From Candidatus Actinomarinales bacterium (GTDB lineage Bacteria > Actinomycetota > Acidimicrobiia > Actinomarinales > Actinomarinaceae), in assembly GCA_004213405.1 (NCBI GenBank), contig SGYR01000001.1, positions 8,866 through 72,865 on the forward strand: a stretch of DNA of 64,000 bases, read 5' to 3'. The translations under genes were made by a program, and so were the position numbers. Below the pieces are notes generated by a model that saw only the letters and a list, made by a program, of their open reading frames with translations, did no database searches and was not told the DNA's origin. This document shows positions 40,805 through 49,758 of this stretch, one piece after another (positions within the stretch are counted from its first letter, which is position 1; each line of letters opens with the position of its first letter).

Positions 40805-41317
40805 TTAAGAGAGAACGGCTAAATAAGGTAATTCTCTATATTTTCCGTTGTAATCTAGACCATAACCCACTACAAATTCAGGGCCAATTTCGAATCCACT
40901 GTAATCGATTTCAATTGGGTCTTTTGAAACTCCTTTTTTAACAAACATGCTAAAAATTTCAATACTTTTTGGATTTCTAGATTCAAGTAATTTTTTTAAG
41001 CTTGAGAGGGTTAATCCTGTGTCATAGATGTCTTCGACGATCAAAATATTTTTATTTGAAATGTCATACTCCAAATCTTTAATAATTTTAATTTGTCCAG
41101 AAGATTCAGATCCGTAATAAGATTTAATACTCATAAAGTCAAAAGTAACATCAATCTGAAGTTGCTTAGCAAGGTCGCTTACAACTATAAAAGCTCCTTT
41201 CAGAATGCCAATAACTACAAGCTCTTCTTCTTTATACTTACTATTTATTATTTCTGCAATTTCCGAAATTTTATTTTCTATTTCTTCTTGCGATATTAAA
41301 GTTTTAGAAATTTTCAA
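40805..41317 (-). CDS. hpt: Hypoxanthine phosphoribosyltransferase (TTG 41317 likely start)
   Basis: [25 protein letters not shown]. Confidence 0.94.
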   Translation of the reverse strand: MKISKTLISQEEIENKISEIAEIINSKYKEEELVVIGILKGAFIVVSDLAKQLQIDVTFDFMSIKSYYGSESSGQIKIIKDLEYDISNKNILIVEDIYDTGLTLSSLKKLLESRNPKSIEIFSMFVKKGVSKDPIEIDYSGFEIGPEFVVGYGLDYNGKYRELPYLAVLS

Positions 41318-42569
41318 TACTAACCTTTTCTGTAGAAGCACTTAGTATAAATTTATCTTTTTGTGTTTCCAACCAGTTTCCCTCACTAGATTTTCTTATT
41401 CCTGGTATCCATAGAATAGTATCTTTGAGTTTAAGAACTGGCCAGACCTCTCGAAGTGACTTATTTACCCCATATGAACGAAATATTTCAGTAGCTTTTT
41501 GGTTATGACTGCCTGTTTTAAATAGATCTCCATCAGAAATTTCACTAAAATAAATTTCATTTTCTAGGTATTTTGGTAATGATATAGACCAATTATTTAA
41601 AGTGTTGATAGAATCATATTTTTCGAAATTAAAATAACCTTTTTGTTCTAGCAAAACTCTACTACCTGTCCATTTTTCTTTATTTACAAAAATAAGAAGC
41701 CCACTTTGAGTTGAAACTTCCCAATTTTCAAAAAAACTTTTCCTGATATTTTTTTCAATGACAGAAAATATTTTTTTGATATCGGAATTCTGTAATCCGC
41801 TTTGTCTAATATATTGAGATATTGTTGACAGCAAATAATAAGAGGCTGAGTTGTCCTTATTTATCAGTGAAATTGGAACTTCTACATATCCTTTTGCACT
41901 TTTTATATACGAAATTAGTTTTTTATCATTTTTTGTTAGTTCATCTATTTCATAAATTAAACCTTGTATTTTGTTATTTAAATCTCCTTTGAAATTCTTT
42001 TCAATGCTCGGAATAATTTCATTCCTTAACCAATTCCGTAAAATTGAGTTGTCTTTGTTTGTAGAGTCTTCTAAAAAATTTATTTTTTTATCCTGTGCAT
42101 ATTTAATGATTGAAGACTTTTTAATATCAATTAGTGGTCTTAATATACTTTTTGTCTCTTGCTTTATAGAAAGTAGGCCTTTGAGTCTTGTTCCTCTGAA
42201 CAGATTTATCATAAAAGTTTCTACTCTATCATCATTATGATGTCCCAGTAGAAGAATTTCATCTTGTTGCATGTTACTAAACAAAACTTCGTACCTTGCA
42301 TTTCGCATTTTTGTTTCTGACGAATCAGAATCTAATTGGGTATCTACATTCAAATGATCGATACCTAAATCTTTAGCAAAATTTTCAGCTGATTTTTGAA
42401 GTTTGTCAGAGTCTTTTTGATTGTGATTAACAAAAACACTCCTGACATTTGATGTATAAGAGTGCACTATATGCAGCAGAACTGAGCTGTCAACACCCCC
42501 GCTTAATGCAACAACATAGTTTTGAGTTGGATTAAGTAAATTAGTAATTTTATTTTCAATTTCAGTCAT
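41304..42569 (-). CDS. tilS: tRNA(Ile)-lysidine synthetase
   Basis: SGGVDS PP-loop, RNARY, HHNDD..ET, RPL, RNWLR. Confidence 0.93.
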   Translation of the reverse strand: MTEIENKITNLLNPTQNYVVALSGGVDSSVLLHIVHSYTSNVRSVFVNHNQKDSDKLQKSAENFAKDLGIDHLNVDTQLDSDSSETKMRNARYEVLFSNMQQDEILLLGHHNDDRVETFMINLFRGTRLKGLLSIKQETKSILRPLIDIKKSSIIKYAQDKKINFLEDSTNKDNSILRNWLRNEIIPSIEKNFKGDLNNKIQGLIYEIDELTKNDKKLISYIKSAKGYVEVPISLINKDNSASYYLLSTISQYIRQSGLQNSDIKKIFSVIEKNIRKSFFENWEVSTQSGLLIFVNKEKWTGSRVLLEQKGYFNFEKYDSINTLNNWSISLPKYLENEIYFSEISDGDLFKTGSHNQKATEIFRSYGVNKSLREVWPVLKLKDTILWIPGIRKSSEGNWLETQKDKFILSASTEKVSIENF

Positions 42570-42584
42570 TACAAGAAGACTAAT

Positions 42585-42878
42585 TTATTTTTCTATAACT
42601 TTGTATCTTTTTCTTGTTACTTGTCTGAAGTACTGGATGACATTACCAAGAATCACCAGAGTAGCTATCGCAACAGTAGTTGGAATTAAAAACCTGTAAG
42701 TCCAAGCTACATCCTCTATCTGCTCTGGTGGTTCCTCTATAACTATTGCAGGTACTGGTAGGTTCTCATCCATTGTTCCCTGTTGGGTTTCATTTTCCTC
42801 AACATGATCATCAGCTAATGCAGACATTGCTGGTGTCATGACTAAAAACAAACCGAGTACAAATGCAAACTTTTTCAC
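42585..42878 (-). CDS. Small hypothetical membrane protein (signal peptide plus C-terminal TM)
   Basis: MKKF-hydrophobic-ALA signal, WTYRFL..TM; -10 TAGTCT 6 nt before GTG. Confidence 0.7.
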   Translation of the reverse strand: MKKFAFVLGLFLVMTPAMSALADDHVEENETQQGTMDENLPVPAIVIEEPPEQIEDVAWTYRFLIPTTVAIATLVILGNVIQYFRQVTRKRYKVIEK

Positions 42879-42917
42879 AATATGAGACTAGTAAAAGTTT
42901 AAAAAAATATAAAGATT

Positions 42918-43757
42918 TTAAAAATTAATATTGAGTTGATATTTTGCAGAAAATTTTTCTAATTCATCGGAGCTGAGTTTAGATAATGAATATTTTTCTA
43001 TTTTCTTAGGTACCTTAACGTCTACTCTTAATGTTGTAAGACTTTTAAATAGCTTAAGCAATTCATAGTTTTCGAAAATTGTGTTTGCATGCCTTTCTCC
43101 ACTTCTTATATTGTTTTTCCAGATATTTAAATTTTGATAAATTTTTTCAATATTTTCATACTCTTGAAGTAGTGCTGATGCAGTCTTTTCACCAATACCA
43201 TTCATACCTGGTATGCCATCAGAAGAATCACCAACAAGTGCCAAAAAATCTGGTATTTGATGAGGATGTACACCAAATTTCTTATAAACATCATCTCCTG
43301 TTGTAAAAGATTTATACCTGGTGGAGTACATTGAAATATTTTTAACATTTAGACATTGCATTAGATCTTTATCTAATGATCCAATAATAATTTCTACATT
43401 TTCATTTTTAAATAATTCACATACAGACGCAATAGCATCGTCTGCTTCATAATGGTCCATTGGTAATAAAGTAAGTCCAAGTAATTCTGTAACTTTTTCA
43501 GCCAAAGGGAACTGATCTAATATTTCTTTATCAATATTTTTACTAGATTTGTATTCGTTATAAATTTCATTTCTAAAAGATTCCACCTTTGAATCGAATG
43601 CAACACCTATATATTCATATTTTTTTCTTAAGGATTGCAAGTGGTTTATGTATCCTTTTAATGCACCTACTTCTTTTCCCTGTTTTGTCTTCCTGCTTGG
43701 ATAACCAAAATGTGCCCTGAATAGCTCGTAAGTACCATCAACTAGGTAGATTTCCAT
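42918..43757 (-). CDS. Stand-alone 5'-3' exonuclease/flap endonuclease (FenA/ExoIX-like)
   Basis: LVDG, FRNEIY..YK, EADD, DKD, GDSSDGIPG..GIGEKTA. Confidence 0.92.
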   Translation of the reverse strand: MEIYLVDGTYELFRAHFGYPSRKTKQGKEVGALKGYINHLQSLRKKYEYIGVAFDSKVESFRNEIYNEYKSSKNIDKEILDQFPLAEKVTELLGLTLLPMDHYEADDAIASVCELFKNENVEIIIGSLDKDLMQCLNVKNISMYSTRYKSFTTGDDVYKKFGVHPHQIPDFLALVGDSSDGIPGMNGIGEKTASALLQEYENIEKIYQNLNIWKNNIRSGERHANTIFENYELLKLFKSLTTLRVDVKVPKKIEKYSLSKLSSDELEKFSAKYQLNINF

Positions 43758-43787
43758 ATTTAAATTTTAATTAAAAACTTTTGTAAA

Positions 43788-43875
43788 AAGCAAAAATCCC
43801 GATTGATCTTGCGACCCTTCGGGATTTTTTGTTCTATCTTCTTTTCTATCTTGCGATTTCTTTTCCGATAGTGTT
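43788..43875 (-). ncRNA. Candidate novel structured small RNA (two UCGCAAGA-capped hairpins, 3' terminator)
   Basis: Own promoter TTGCAC-17-TATATT; hairpin 1 at 43834-43871; terminator hairpin at 43791-43830 followed by U-tract; no standard start codon. Confidence 0.65.
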
Positions 43876-43880
43876 CTATA

Positions 43881-43909
43881 AATATACGTTAGTTTTTACT
43901 CTTGTGCAA
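43881..43909 (-). promoter_or_regulatory. Sigma70/SigA-type promoter for the candidate sRNA
   Basis: -35 TTGCAC (43904-43909), 17-nt spacer, -10 TATATT (43881-43886). Confidence 0.7.
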
Positions 43910-43948
43910 GAAAATTACTAATGTATTTTTCGCGAGGTTAATGAAGTT

Positions 43949-45229
43949 TTAGTTTGCGCTTTCAAGTGCTTGAGATAAGTCTTCAATAATATCCTCAATA
44001 TCTTCAATACCTATTGATAACCTAACAAGTTCAGGTGGTGAACCAGCTGCAACAAGTTGCTCATCGTCAAGTTGTGAGTGTGTAGTAGAAGCTGGATGTA
44101 TAGCTAAAGATCTAGTATCTCCAACATTTGCGACGTGTCTAAACATTTTAAGGTTGTCTATAAACTTCTGACCAGCATCTTTTCCACCTTTAATTCCAAA
44201 CACAACCATTGTTCCACCTGTGCCTTTGAGATATTTTTCTGACAACTCATAAGCAGGGTCACCTTTCAATCCTGGAAACCTTACCCATTCAACTAGTTCA
44301 TGGCTAGATAAATACTCTGCTGCTTTTATTGCGTTTTCACAGTGTCGTTCCATTCTGAGACTTAATGTTTCAAGACCACTCAAGACTTCAAAGGCAGTTT
44401 CAGGGCCCATATTTGCTCCAAGATTTCTTAGAGGAACTGTTCTCAGCCTTAATGAATAAGCAACATTTCCTAAATCACCTAAGTCATGACCCCATCTCAT
44501 GCCACCGTAACTGGTGTCTGGCTTGTCATATAATGGAAAGTTTCCATTGCCCCAGTCAAAACCTCCGTTTTCAATTACTGCACCAGCAATAACCCTTCCG
44601 TGGCCAGACATCCATTTTGTTAATGAATAAACAACAATGTCCGCTCCATATTCAAAAGGCTTTAATATAGCTGAGGTAGTAAATGTTGCATCAACAATTA
44701 ATGGTATACCTTTTGAATGTGCTATCTCTGATAGAGCTGATATGTCAGCAACAACTAAACCTGGATTTGTTATCGTTTCACAATATATTGCTCTAGTTTT
44801 GTCGTCGATTGCATTTTCAACTGCTGCTAAATCAGTAATATCAACTTTTTTTGAATCAATACCGTATTCAGGAAGAATATTGTCAAACATTGTATAAGTT
44901 CCACCATAAAGTTGGTTGGCTGTAACAAAATTGTCTCCCTGACTCATAATATTTATAAGTGAATACATTACTGCAGATGTTCCTGAGGAAAGAGCTACGC
45001 ACATAGCGCCCTCTTCTAGTGCGGTTAGTCTTGCTTCAAGTGCTCCAACTGTGGGATTTCCTAATCTGGAATATATATTTCCAAACTCTTTTAAACCAAA
45101 TAAATTCGCAGCATGTTCTGTATTGTTGAATTGATATGCTGTTGTTTTATAAATTGGAACAGTTATGGAACCTTCTGCATCAGCATCTGAATCCCAACCT
45201 GCATGTATTAGCTTTGAATTAAATTTCAC
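43949..45229 (-). CDS. metY: O-acetylhomoserine sulfhydrylase (MetY/Met17)
   Basis: GNIYSRLGNPT, SLTKW (PLP lysine), ANVGD, HPASTTHSQL. Confidence 0.93.
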   Translation of the reverse strand: MKFNSKLIHAGWDSDADAEGSITVPIYKTTAYQFNNTEHAANLFGLKEFGNIYSRLGNPTVGALEARLTALEEGAMCVALSSGTSAVMYSLINIMSQGDNFVTANQLYGGTYTMFDNILPEYGIDSKKVDITDLAAVENAIDDKTRAIYCETITNPGLVVADISALSEIAHSKGIPLIVDATFTTSAILKPFEYGADIVVYSLTKWMSGHGRVIAGAVIENGGFDWGNGNFPLYDKPDTSYGGMRWGHDLGDLGNVAYSLRLRTVPLRNLGANMGPETAFEVLSGLETLSLRMERHCENAIKAAEYLSSHELVEWVRFPGLKGDPAYELSEKYLKGTGGTMVVFGIKGGKDAGQKFIDNLKMFRHVANVGDTRSLAIHPASTTHSQLDDEQLVAAGSPPELVRLSIGIEDIEDIIEDLSQALESAN

Positions 45230-45258
45230 TATTTCTCCTTTAATTTGGAGAAGGAGTT

Positions 45259-45344
45259 TGACTACTTAGTTGCATTTCTGCCACATTTTCAAGCACCTTG
45301 GATAGTCATCCAGGTTGCCGAGGTCTTAACCTTCTCTTTATGCT
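45259..45344 (-). promoter_or_regulatory. SAM-I/IV-variant riboswitch upstream of metY
   Basis: GCAU-AAAGAG-P2-GGCAACC-UGGA[UGACUA]UCCA-AGGUGCU...AUGU, P5 GCA-GAAA-UGC, 3' UAGUCA pairs with P3 loop; extended -10 TGaTATAAT just upstream. Confidence 0.9.
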
Positions 45345-45375
45345 TCCTGAATTATATCAAATGATTTAAATTTGA

Positions 45376-46464
45376 CTAAATACTTTCTATTTTTTCCCAA
45401 TTCCTGTCAGCATGTCCGAAGTGAGAAAATAAAGTATCTTCTCTGTAATTGACACTAGTTAAATTTAATCTTTCAATAATGGCTCCGGGCTTCATATCAA
45501 ACTTGTCAACAAAATCATTCAATTTACCCTGTTCAACTTTGAGTGTTCCGAAAGTCTCTATTGAAAGCTCGTAAGGCTCTGCTTTGCCTATTGCATACGA
45601 AACTCTTACTAAGCAATCATCCGCTAATTTATGTGCAACAATATTTTTTGCTAAATGTCTGGCAGCATAGGCAGCCGATCTATCAACTTTACTCGGGTCT
45701 TTTCCGGAGAATGCCCCTCCACCCACTGGTACTGATGGTCCATAAGAGTCAACAACTATCTTTCGACCAGTTAGTCCAGTGTCACCAGCCGGACCTCCTT
45801 TGATGAATGATCCTGATGGATTCAAATCTAACTCAAATTCAGATTCAACATTATTAGAAACAATATCAGAAACTTCTTGAAATAGTTTCTCCATATCAAT
45901 AGCTTTGTTGTGTTGTGTAGACACTACAACTTTTGTTTTTTCTCCTCCACTAGTTACTTGTACTTTTGAATCAAGATCAAGCATCTCATCGGAATTTTGA
46001 AGATCCCACAGTGATTTTTGTATATTTCTGGACATATCAAATGTTGGTGGCATAAACGATTTTGTTTTGTTAGTTGCAAACCCTACCATTATTCCTTGAT
46101 CTCCAGCACCTTGGTCCTTATCGTCTTCAACAGCTGCACGAATTTCCTCAGATTGTGGTGTTAATTCGTTATAGATAGATAGATTGTCTAAATCAAAATC
46201 TTCAAAGCTAGTTTTTATAGTTTTGTTAAGTGCTTCTTTAACAATTGTAAGAACATCATCAGTAGTTATTTCTGCAATTTCACTAATTTCTCCACCTACA
46301 AGTACTAGACCACCATTCTTTGTTCCCGTAAGAAAGGTCTCCACTGCAACTCTTGACGAACTGTTGTTTTGTAAAGCTTTTGTTAAAACATAATCAGAAA
46401 TTAAGTCTGCAATTTTGTCAGGATGTCCTGGGGAAACTGTTTCAGCAGTTACATATTTTGACAA
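45376..46464 (-). CDS. metK: S-adenosylmethionine synthetase (true start TTG 46464, about 362 aa)
   Basis: GHPDK, GAGDQG, GGGAFSGKD; AAGGAG SD before TTG; the longer ORF start lies inside the riboswitch. Confidence 0.95.
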   Translation of the reverse strand: MSKYVTAETVSPGHPDKIADLISDYVLTKALQNNSSSRVAVETFLTGTKNGGLVLVGGEISEIAEITTDDVLTIVKEALNKTIKTSFEDFDLDNLSIYNELTPQSEEIRAAVEDDKDQGAGDQGIMVGFATNKTKSFMPPTFDMSRNIQKSLWDLQNSDEMLDLDSKVQVTSGGEKTKVVVSTQHNKAIDMEKLFQEVSDIVSNNVESEFELDLNPSGSFIKGGPAGDTGLTGRKIVVDSYGPSVPVGGGAFSGKDPSKVDRSAAYAARHLAKNIVAHKLADDCLVRVSYAIGKAEPYELSIETFGTLKVEQGKLNDFVDKFDMKPGAIIERLNLTSVNYREDTLFSHFGHADRNWEKIESI

Positions 46465-46499
46465 TTTAAGTCTCCTTGTTAAAAAACGCAAGGATTGGA

Positions 46500-46580
46500 A
46501 CGCCATTTTTTGTTGTATAACCACATCAAAAAGCACCTTAGTTGGCATCTAGGTTGCTGAGGAATTCCTCTCTCTATGCA
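46500..46580 (-). promoter_or_regulatory. SAM-I/IV-variant riboswitch upstream of metK
   Basis: GCAU-AGAGA-GAGG/CCUC-AGCAACC-UAG[AUGCCAA]CUA-AGGUGCU...AUGU, P5 GUU-AUAC-AAC, 3' UGGCGU pairs with P3 loop. Confidence 0.88.
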
Positions 46581-46662
46581 TTAAATATGGTAATTAAAAT
46601 AAAATGTTTTTCAATCAAAAGACAAAGAAAACTTTAAATAATTCTCTAGCTAACCTTTAACT

Positions 46663-47841
46663 ATGATTACTGATACTAAAAAAATATTTGGTCTTTTACT
46701 ATCAGTTGGTTTTTCATCGATTGGTTTCATAGCTGCAATCACTGTAACAGTATTGGCTGCAAGAGAGGTGTCAAACAATCCGTTATTTCTTGGATTCCCA
46801 AACGCTGTAGGTGTAGGTGGTGCGTTTCTTGGAACTCAAATGTTTTATAAAATTTCGAAAAAATATTCCAGACTTGCTGCATTGTCCTTGACATTTTTTG
46901 TAGGTGCTCTTGGGAGTGTTGTATTATTTTACAGTCTTATTGTTGACTCTTTTATTTTGTTAATGATTGGCGCACTAATACTCGGATTTGGACAATCTGC
47001 AACACTTCAATCAAGATACGCTGCATCATTTGTTGCAAGTGAAAAATTTAAAGCTACAGCATTATCCCTTGCAGTTTGGTTTTCTGTGTTTGGATCAGTT
47101 TTTGGACCAAGATTAGTAAGTGTCTATTCTGATTATTTTGATAATTTATTTAACTCTGAATTAATTGTTGGCTATATAGTCGCAATGGTTGGTATGCTTT
47201 TTGCCTCCGCATCAGTTTTGACGTTTACTACTTCAAACAGTTCACTTCGAGAGCCAGCAGAAGTAGAACAAGTTGCAGAGAAAGCAATTGAATCAAAAAA
47301 AGATGGAAATATTTTGACACTTCTTCTAGTTCTAAATCATTTCACAATGGTCGTAATTATGTCAGCAACACCCCTCCATGTTCAAGATATTGGTGAAACA
47401 GTTGAATTAGTTGGAGTAATTATTAGTTACCACACACTTGGAATGTTTTTGCTATCACCTATATTAGGAAATTATGTTGACAAATACGGATACAAAAATT
47501 TTACCTATGTAGGAACTGCAATTTTATTTATAAGTTGTTTGACTACATTTATTAATTCTGGTCCACTTGCACTAAAAATAGGTCTTTATTTGCTTGGATT
47601 AGGTTGGAACTTCAATTATGTAGCAATCAGTGCAGCTATTTCAAAATTTTCAATCAAATTTAAAACACCTTTAAATATACGAAGCGACTCTTATGTGTTC
47701 CTCGGAAGTTTTACAGCTCACACAACCTTAGGACTCTCTTATTTATTAATTGGATATAGAGGGTTAGTGTCTGTAGGAATGCTTGTGAGTATATATTTGT
47801 TCTTAAATTTAAAGAAGTTAAAGAAACTAGATATTGACTGA
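46663..47841 (+). CDS. MFS transporter
   Basis: About 12 TMs; LQSRYAA, HTLGMF..SP, GLGWNF. Confidence 0.85.
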   Translation: MITDTKKIFGLLLSVGFSSIGFIAAITVTVLAAREVSNNPLFLGFPNAVGVGGAFLGTQMFYKISKKYSRLAALSLTFFVGALGSVVLFYSLIVDSFILLMIGALILGFGQSATLQSRYAASFVASEKFKATALSLAVWFSVFGSVFGPRLVSVYSDYFDNLFNSELIVGYIVAMVGMLFASASVLTFTTSNSSLREPAEVEQVAEKAIESKKDGNILTLLLVLNHFTMVVIMSATPLHVQDIGETVELVGVIISYHTLGMFLLSPILGNYVDKYGYKNFTYVGTAILFISCLTTFINSGPLALKIGLYLLGLGWNFNYVAISAAISKFSIKFKTPLNIRSDSYVFLGSFTAHTTLGLSYLLIGYRGLVSVGMLVSIYLFLNLKKLKKLDID

Positions 47842-48444
47842 ATGAATGATGATTTCACCTTTGAAGAGAAATTTTTAATTAAAAGAGATAAAGTTTTATC
47901 AAAAGTAATTAAAACCAATGGACCCATAAAATTCTCCAAGAGTAAAAAAGATCCTTTTGATACTTTTGTAGACATAATTATTTCACAATTCATCTCTACC
48001 CTGGCTGCCAAGAGTATTAAGGAAAAAATGTTGGAAAATTTTAACGAAAAACAATTTAAAGTAGAAAACTTTGAAAAACTTAGCGTTATACAAATTAAAA
48101 ATTTAGGATTAAGCCTCAACAAAGCTAAATCAATTAAAGCAGTAATCAGTTGGCTTGAAATGCAATCAATGAAGAATTTTTTTAATCTCACTCAGGTGGA
48201 AAGAGAAAAGTCATTATTAAAAATTTTTGGAATAGGTCCTTGGAGTGTTGATATGTTTGAAATGTTTTGCATTCGCAATAAGAATATTTTTTCCTATGGA
48301 GATGCTGCTTTAAGACAAGCAATGATTCAGCTTAAAATGGTTGACAAAGATGCGACTCAAAAACAATTCGAAAACTATGCGGAAAAATGGGGTCCATACA
48401 AAACCCATGCTTGTTTACATTTGTGGGAGATGATTGAGTCTTAA
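47842..48444 (+). CDS. 3-methyladenine DNA glycosylase II (AlkA-like HhH-GPD)
   Basis: IISQ, GLSLNK, GIGPWS, GD, W.PY. Confidence 0.88.
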   Translation: MNDDFTFEEKFLIKRDKVLSKVIKTNGPIKFSKSKKDPFDTFVDIIISQFISTLAAKSIKEKMLENFNEKQFKVENFEKLSVIQIKNLGLSLNKAKSIKAVISWLEMQSMKNFFNLTQVEREKSLLKIFGIGPWSVDMFEMFCIRNKNIFSYGDAALRQAMIQLKMVDKDATQKQFENYAEKWGPYKTHACLHLWEMIES

Positions 48445-49709
48445 ATAGTTACTTTAACGTCCTCAATTGGGTGAGGAATTGGAGTAGGTCTAATATTTAA
48501 ACTTTTGTCAATAGAAGGCTTCTCAACATTCTGAACGTACTTATAAATTACATTTTTAAACATATAGCTAGCAAAAAACTTTCCAATGCAAGTGTGCGCT
48601 CCACCAGCAAAAGGGAAATAAGCCTTATTAGTATAAGTTGGATCTATAAACCTATACGGATCAAATACTGATGGATTATCCCAATACCTTTCATCATGGT
48701 GTAATAACAAAGGACTTATAGTTAAATAAGTACCACCGTCTACGTTGTAGCCTCCTATTTTTGTATCTCTCATAACTCTTCTTATTGAAAATGGCACTGG
48801 TGGGTAGTATCTGATTGCTTCTTGAAAAATTGATTCCGCGAAATTTCCATTTTTAAGTGACGAAATATCCAGTGGATCAACTTCTGAAGCTTCCTGTCGA
48901 AGATTATTTAAAAAATCTGGATTTTTTGAGAGATTATAAATTGAATTGGTAAGTGTTATGGTCGTTGTGTCATGAGCTGCAAGTAGTAAAAAAATCATAT
49001 GTTCTGCAATTTCATGATCACTTAGCCCTGCATCTCCCTTGTTTGTGTTAACTAATTCTGCAAATAGTGTTTTTTTACTTTCTTCATCAATCATTTGTGA
49101 CTTTGACTCAAAATAATCGAGTAAATATTCTCTTGCCTTAAGTCCCTTTTTCAACTGTGTAAATGGAAGAGGCCATCGAACAGCTGATGTAGCAGATGCA
49201 ATAGAATCCATAAAAAGATTGTTTAGCTTTTGAGATTCATCGTTTTTTACATCTAGAAAAAATAAACTCAAAGATATATCGAACATTAATTGTTTTATGG
49301 ATTCATACAAATTAAAGGTTGTTTTAGTTTTTATGCTTTCTACCCAGGTATCAATAATTGGTTGAATGATTGACAGGTAATTATGAATTGCATCATGCCT
49401 GAAAGAGTCTTGAAGAAGGGTTCGGTGGTATTTATGATCATCAAAGTCTCGAAGCATAAGTCCGTTTTCAAATGTTGGACCAAGGGTGACAGCCCACCCT
49501 TCTTTAGAAGAGAAGTTGTCATCTTTATCTAGAAAGACTTCCTTTGTAATTTCTGGAGTCAAAAGAACTATAAAATTTTCGTTTAGCAATGAAATCTGAA
49601 ATATATCTCCATATTTTTTCTGCTTTTCAGCTGTAAAATTTAGCGCATTTCTTTGAAATGGTATAGAGTGGCCAATTATTGGTAAACCAGGAACTTTAGG
49701 TATTTCCAT
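48441..49709 (-). CDS. Cytochrome P450
   Basis: AAHDTT I-helix, EAIR ExxR, FDPYRF, FAGGAHTCIG heme ligand. Confidence 0.95.
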   Translation of the reverse strand: MEIPKVPGLPIIGHSIPFQRNALNFTAEKQKKYGDIFQISLLNENFIVLLTPEITKEVFLDKDDNFSSKEGWAVTLGPTFENGLMLRDFDDHKYHRTLLQDSFRHDAIHNYLSIIQPIIDTWVESIKTKTTFNLYESIKQLMFDISLSLFFLDVKNDESQKLNNLFMDSIASATSAVRWPLPFTQLKKGLKAREYLLDYFESKSQMIDEESKKTLFAELVNTNKGDAGLSDHEIAEHMIFLLLAAHDTTTITLTNSIYNLSKNPDFLNNLRQEASEVDPLDISSLKNGNFAESIFQEAIRYYPPVPFSIRRVMRDTKIGGYNVDGGTYLTISPLLLHHDERYWDNPSVFDPYRFIDPTYTNKAYFPFAGGAHTCIGKFFASYMFKNVIYKYVQNVEKPSIDKSLNIRPTPIPHPIEDVKVTI

Positions 49710-49758
49710 GTTTGTATTTTACAACTAATTAAAGTGGTTGGAAAGATTGTTCATCAAA

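Noticed and set aside
43791..43880. Repeats as CRISPR, REP or MITE
   Set aside because: Only two 8-9-nt repeat units, no spacers, no cas or transposase genes, no other copy noticed in the window
43760..43885. Lys/Arg-rich ~40-codon stop-free frame across the candidate sRNA
   Set aside because: No ATG/GTG/TTG start after the upstream stop; composition follows from the purine-rich RNA sequence
46465..46548. 28-aa N-terminal extension of MetK in the ORF track
   Set aside because: Overlaps the riboswitch; SD and homology support TTG at 46464
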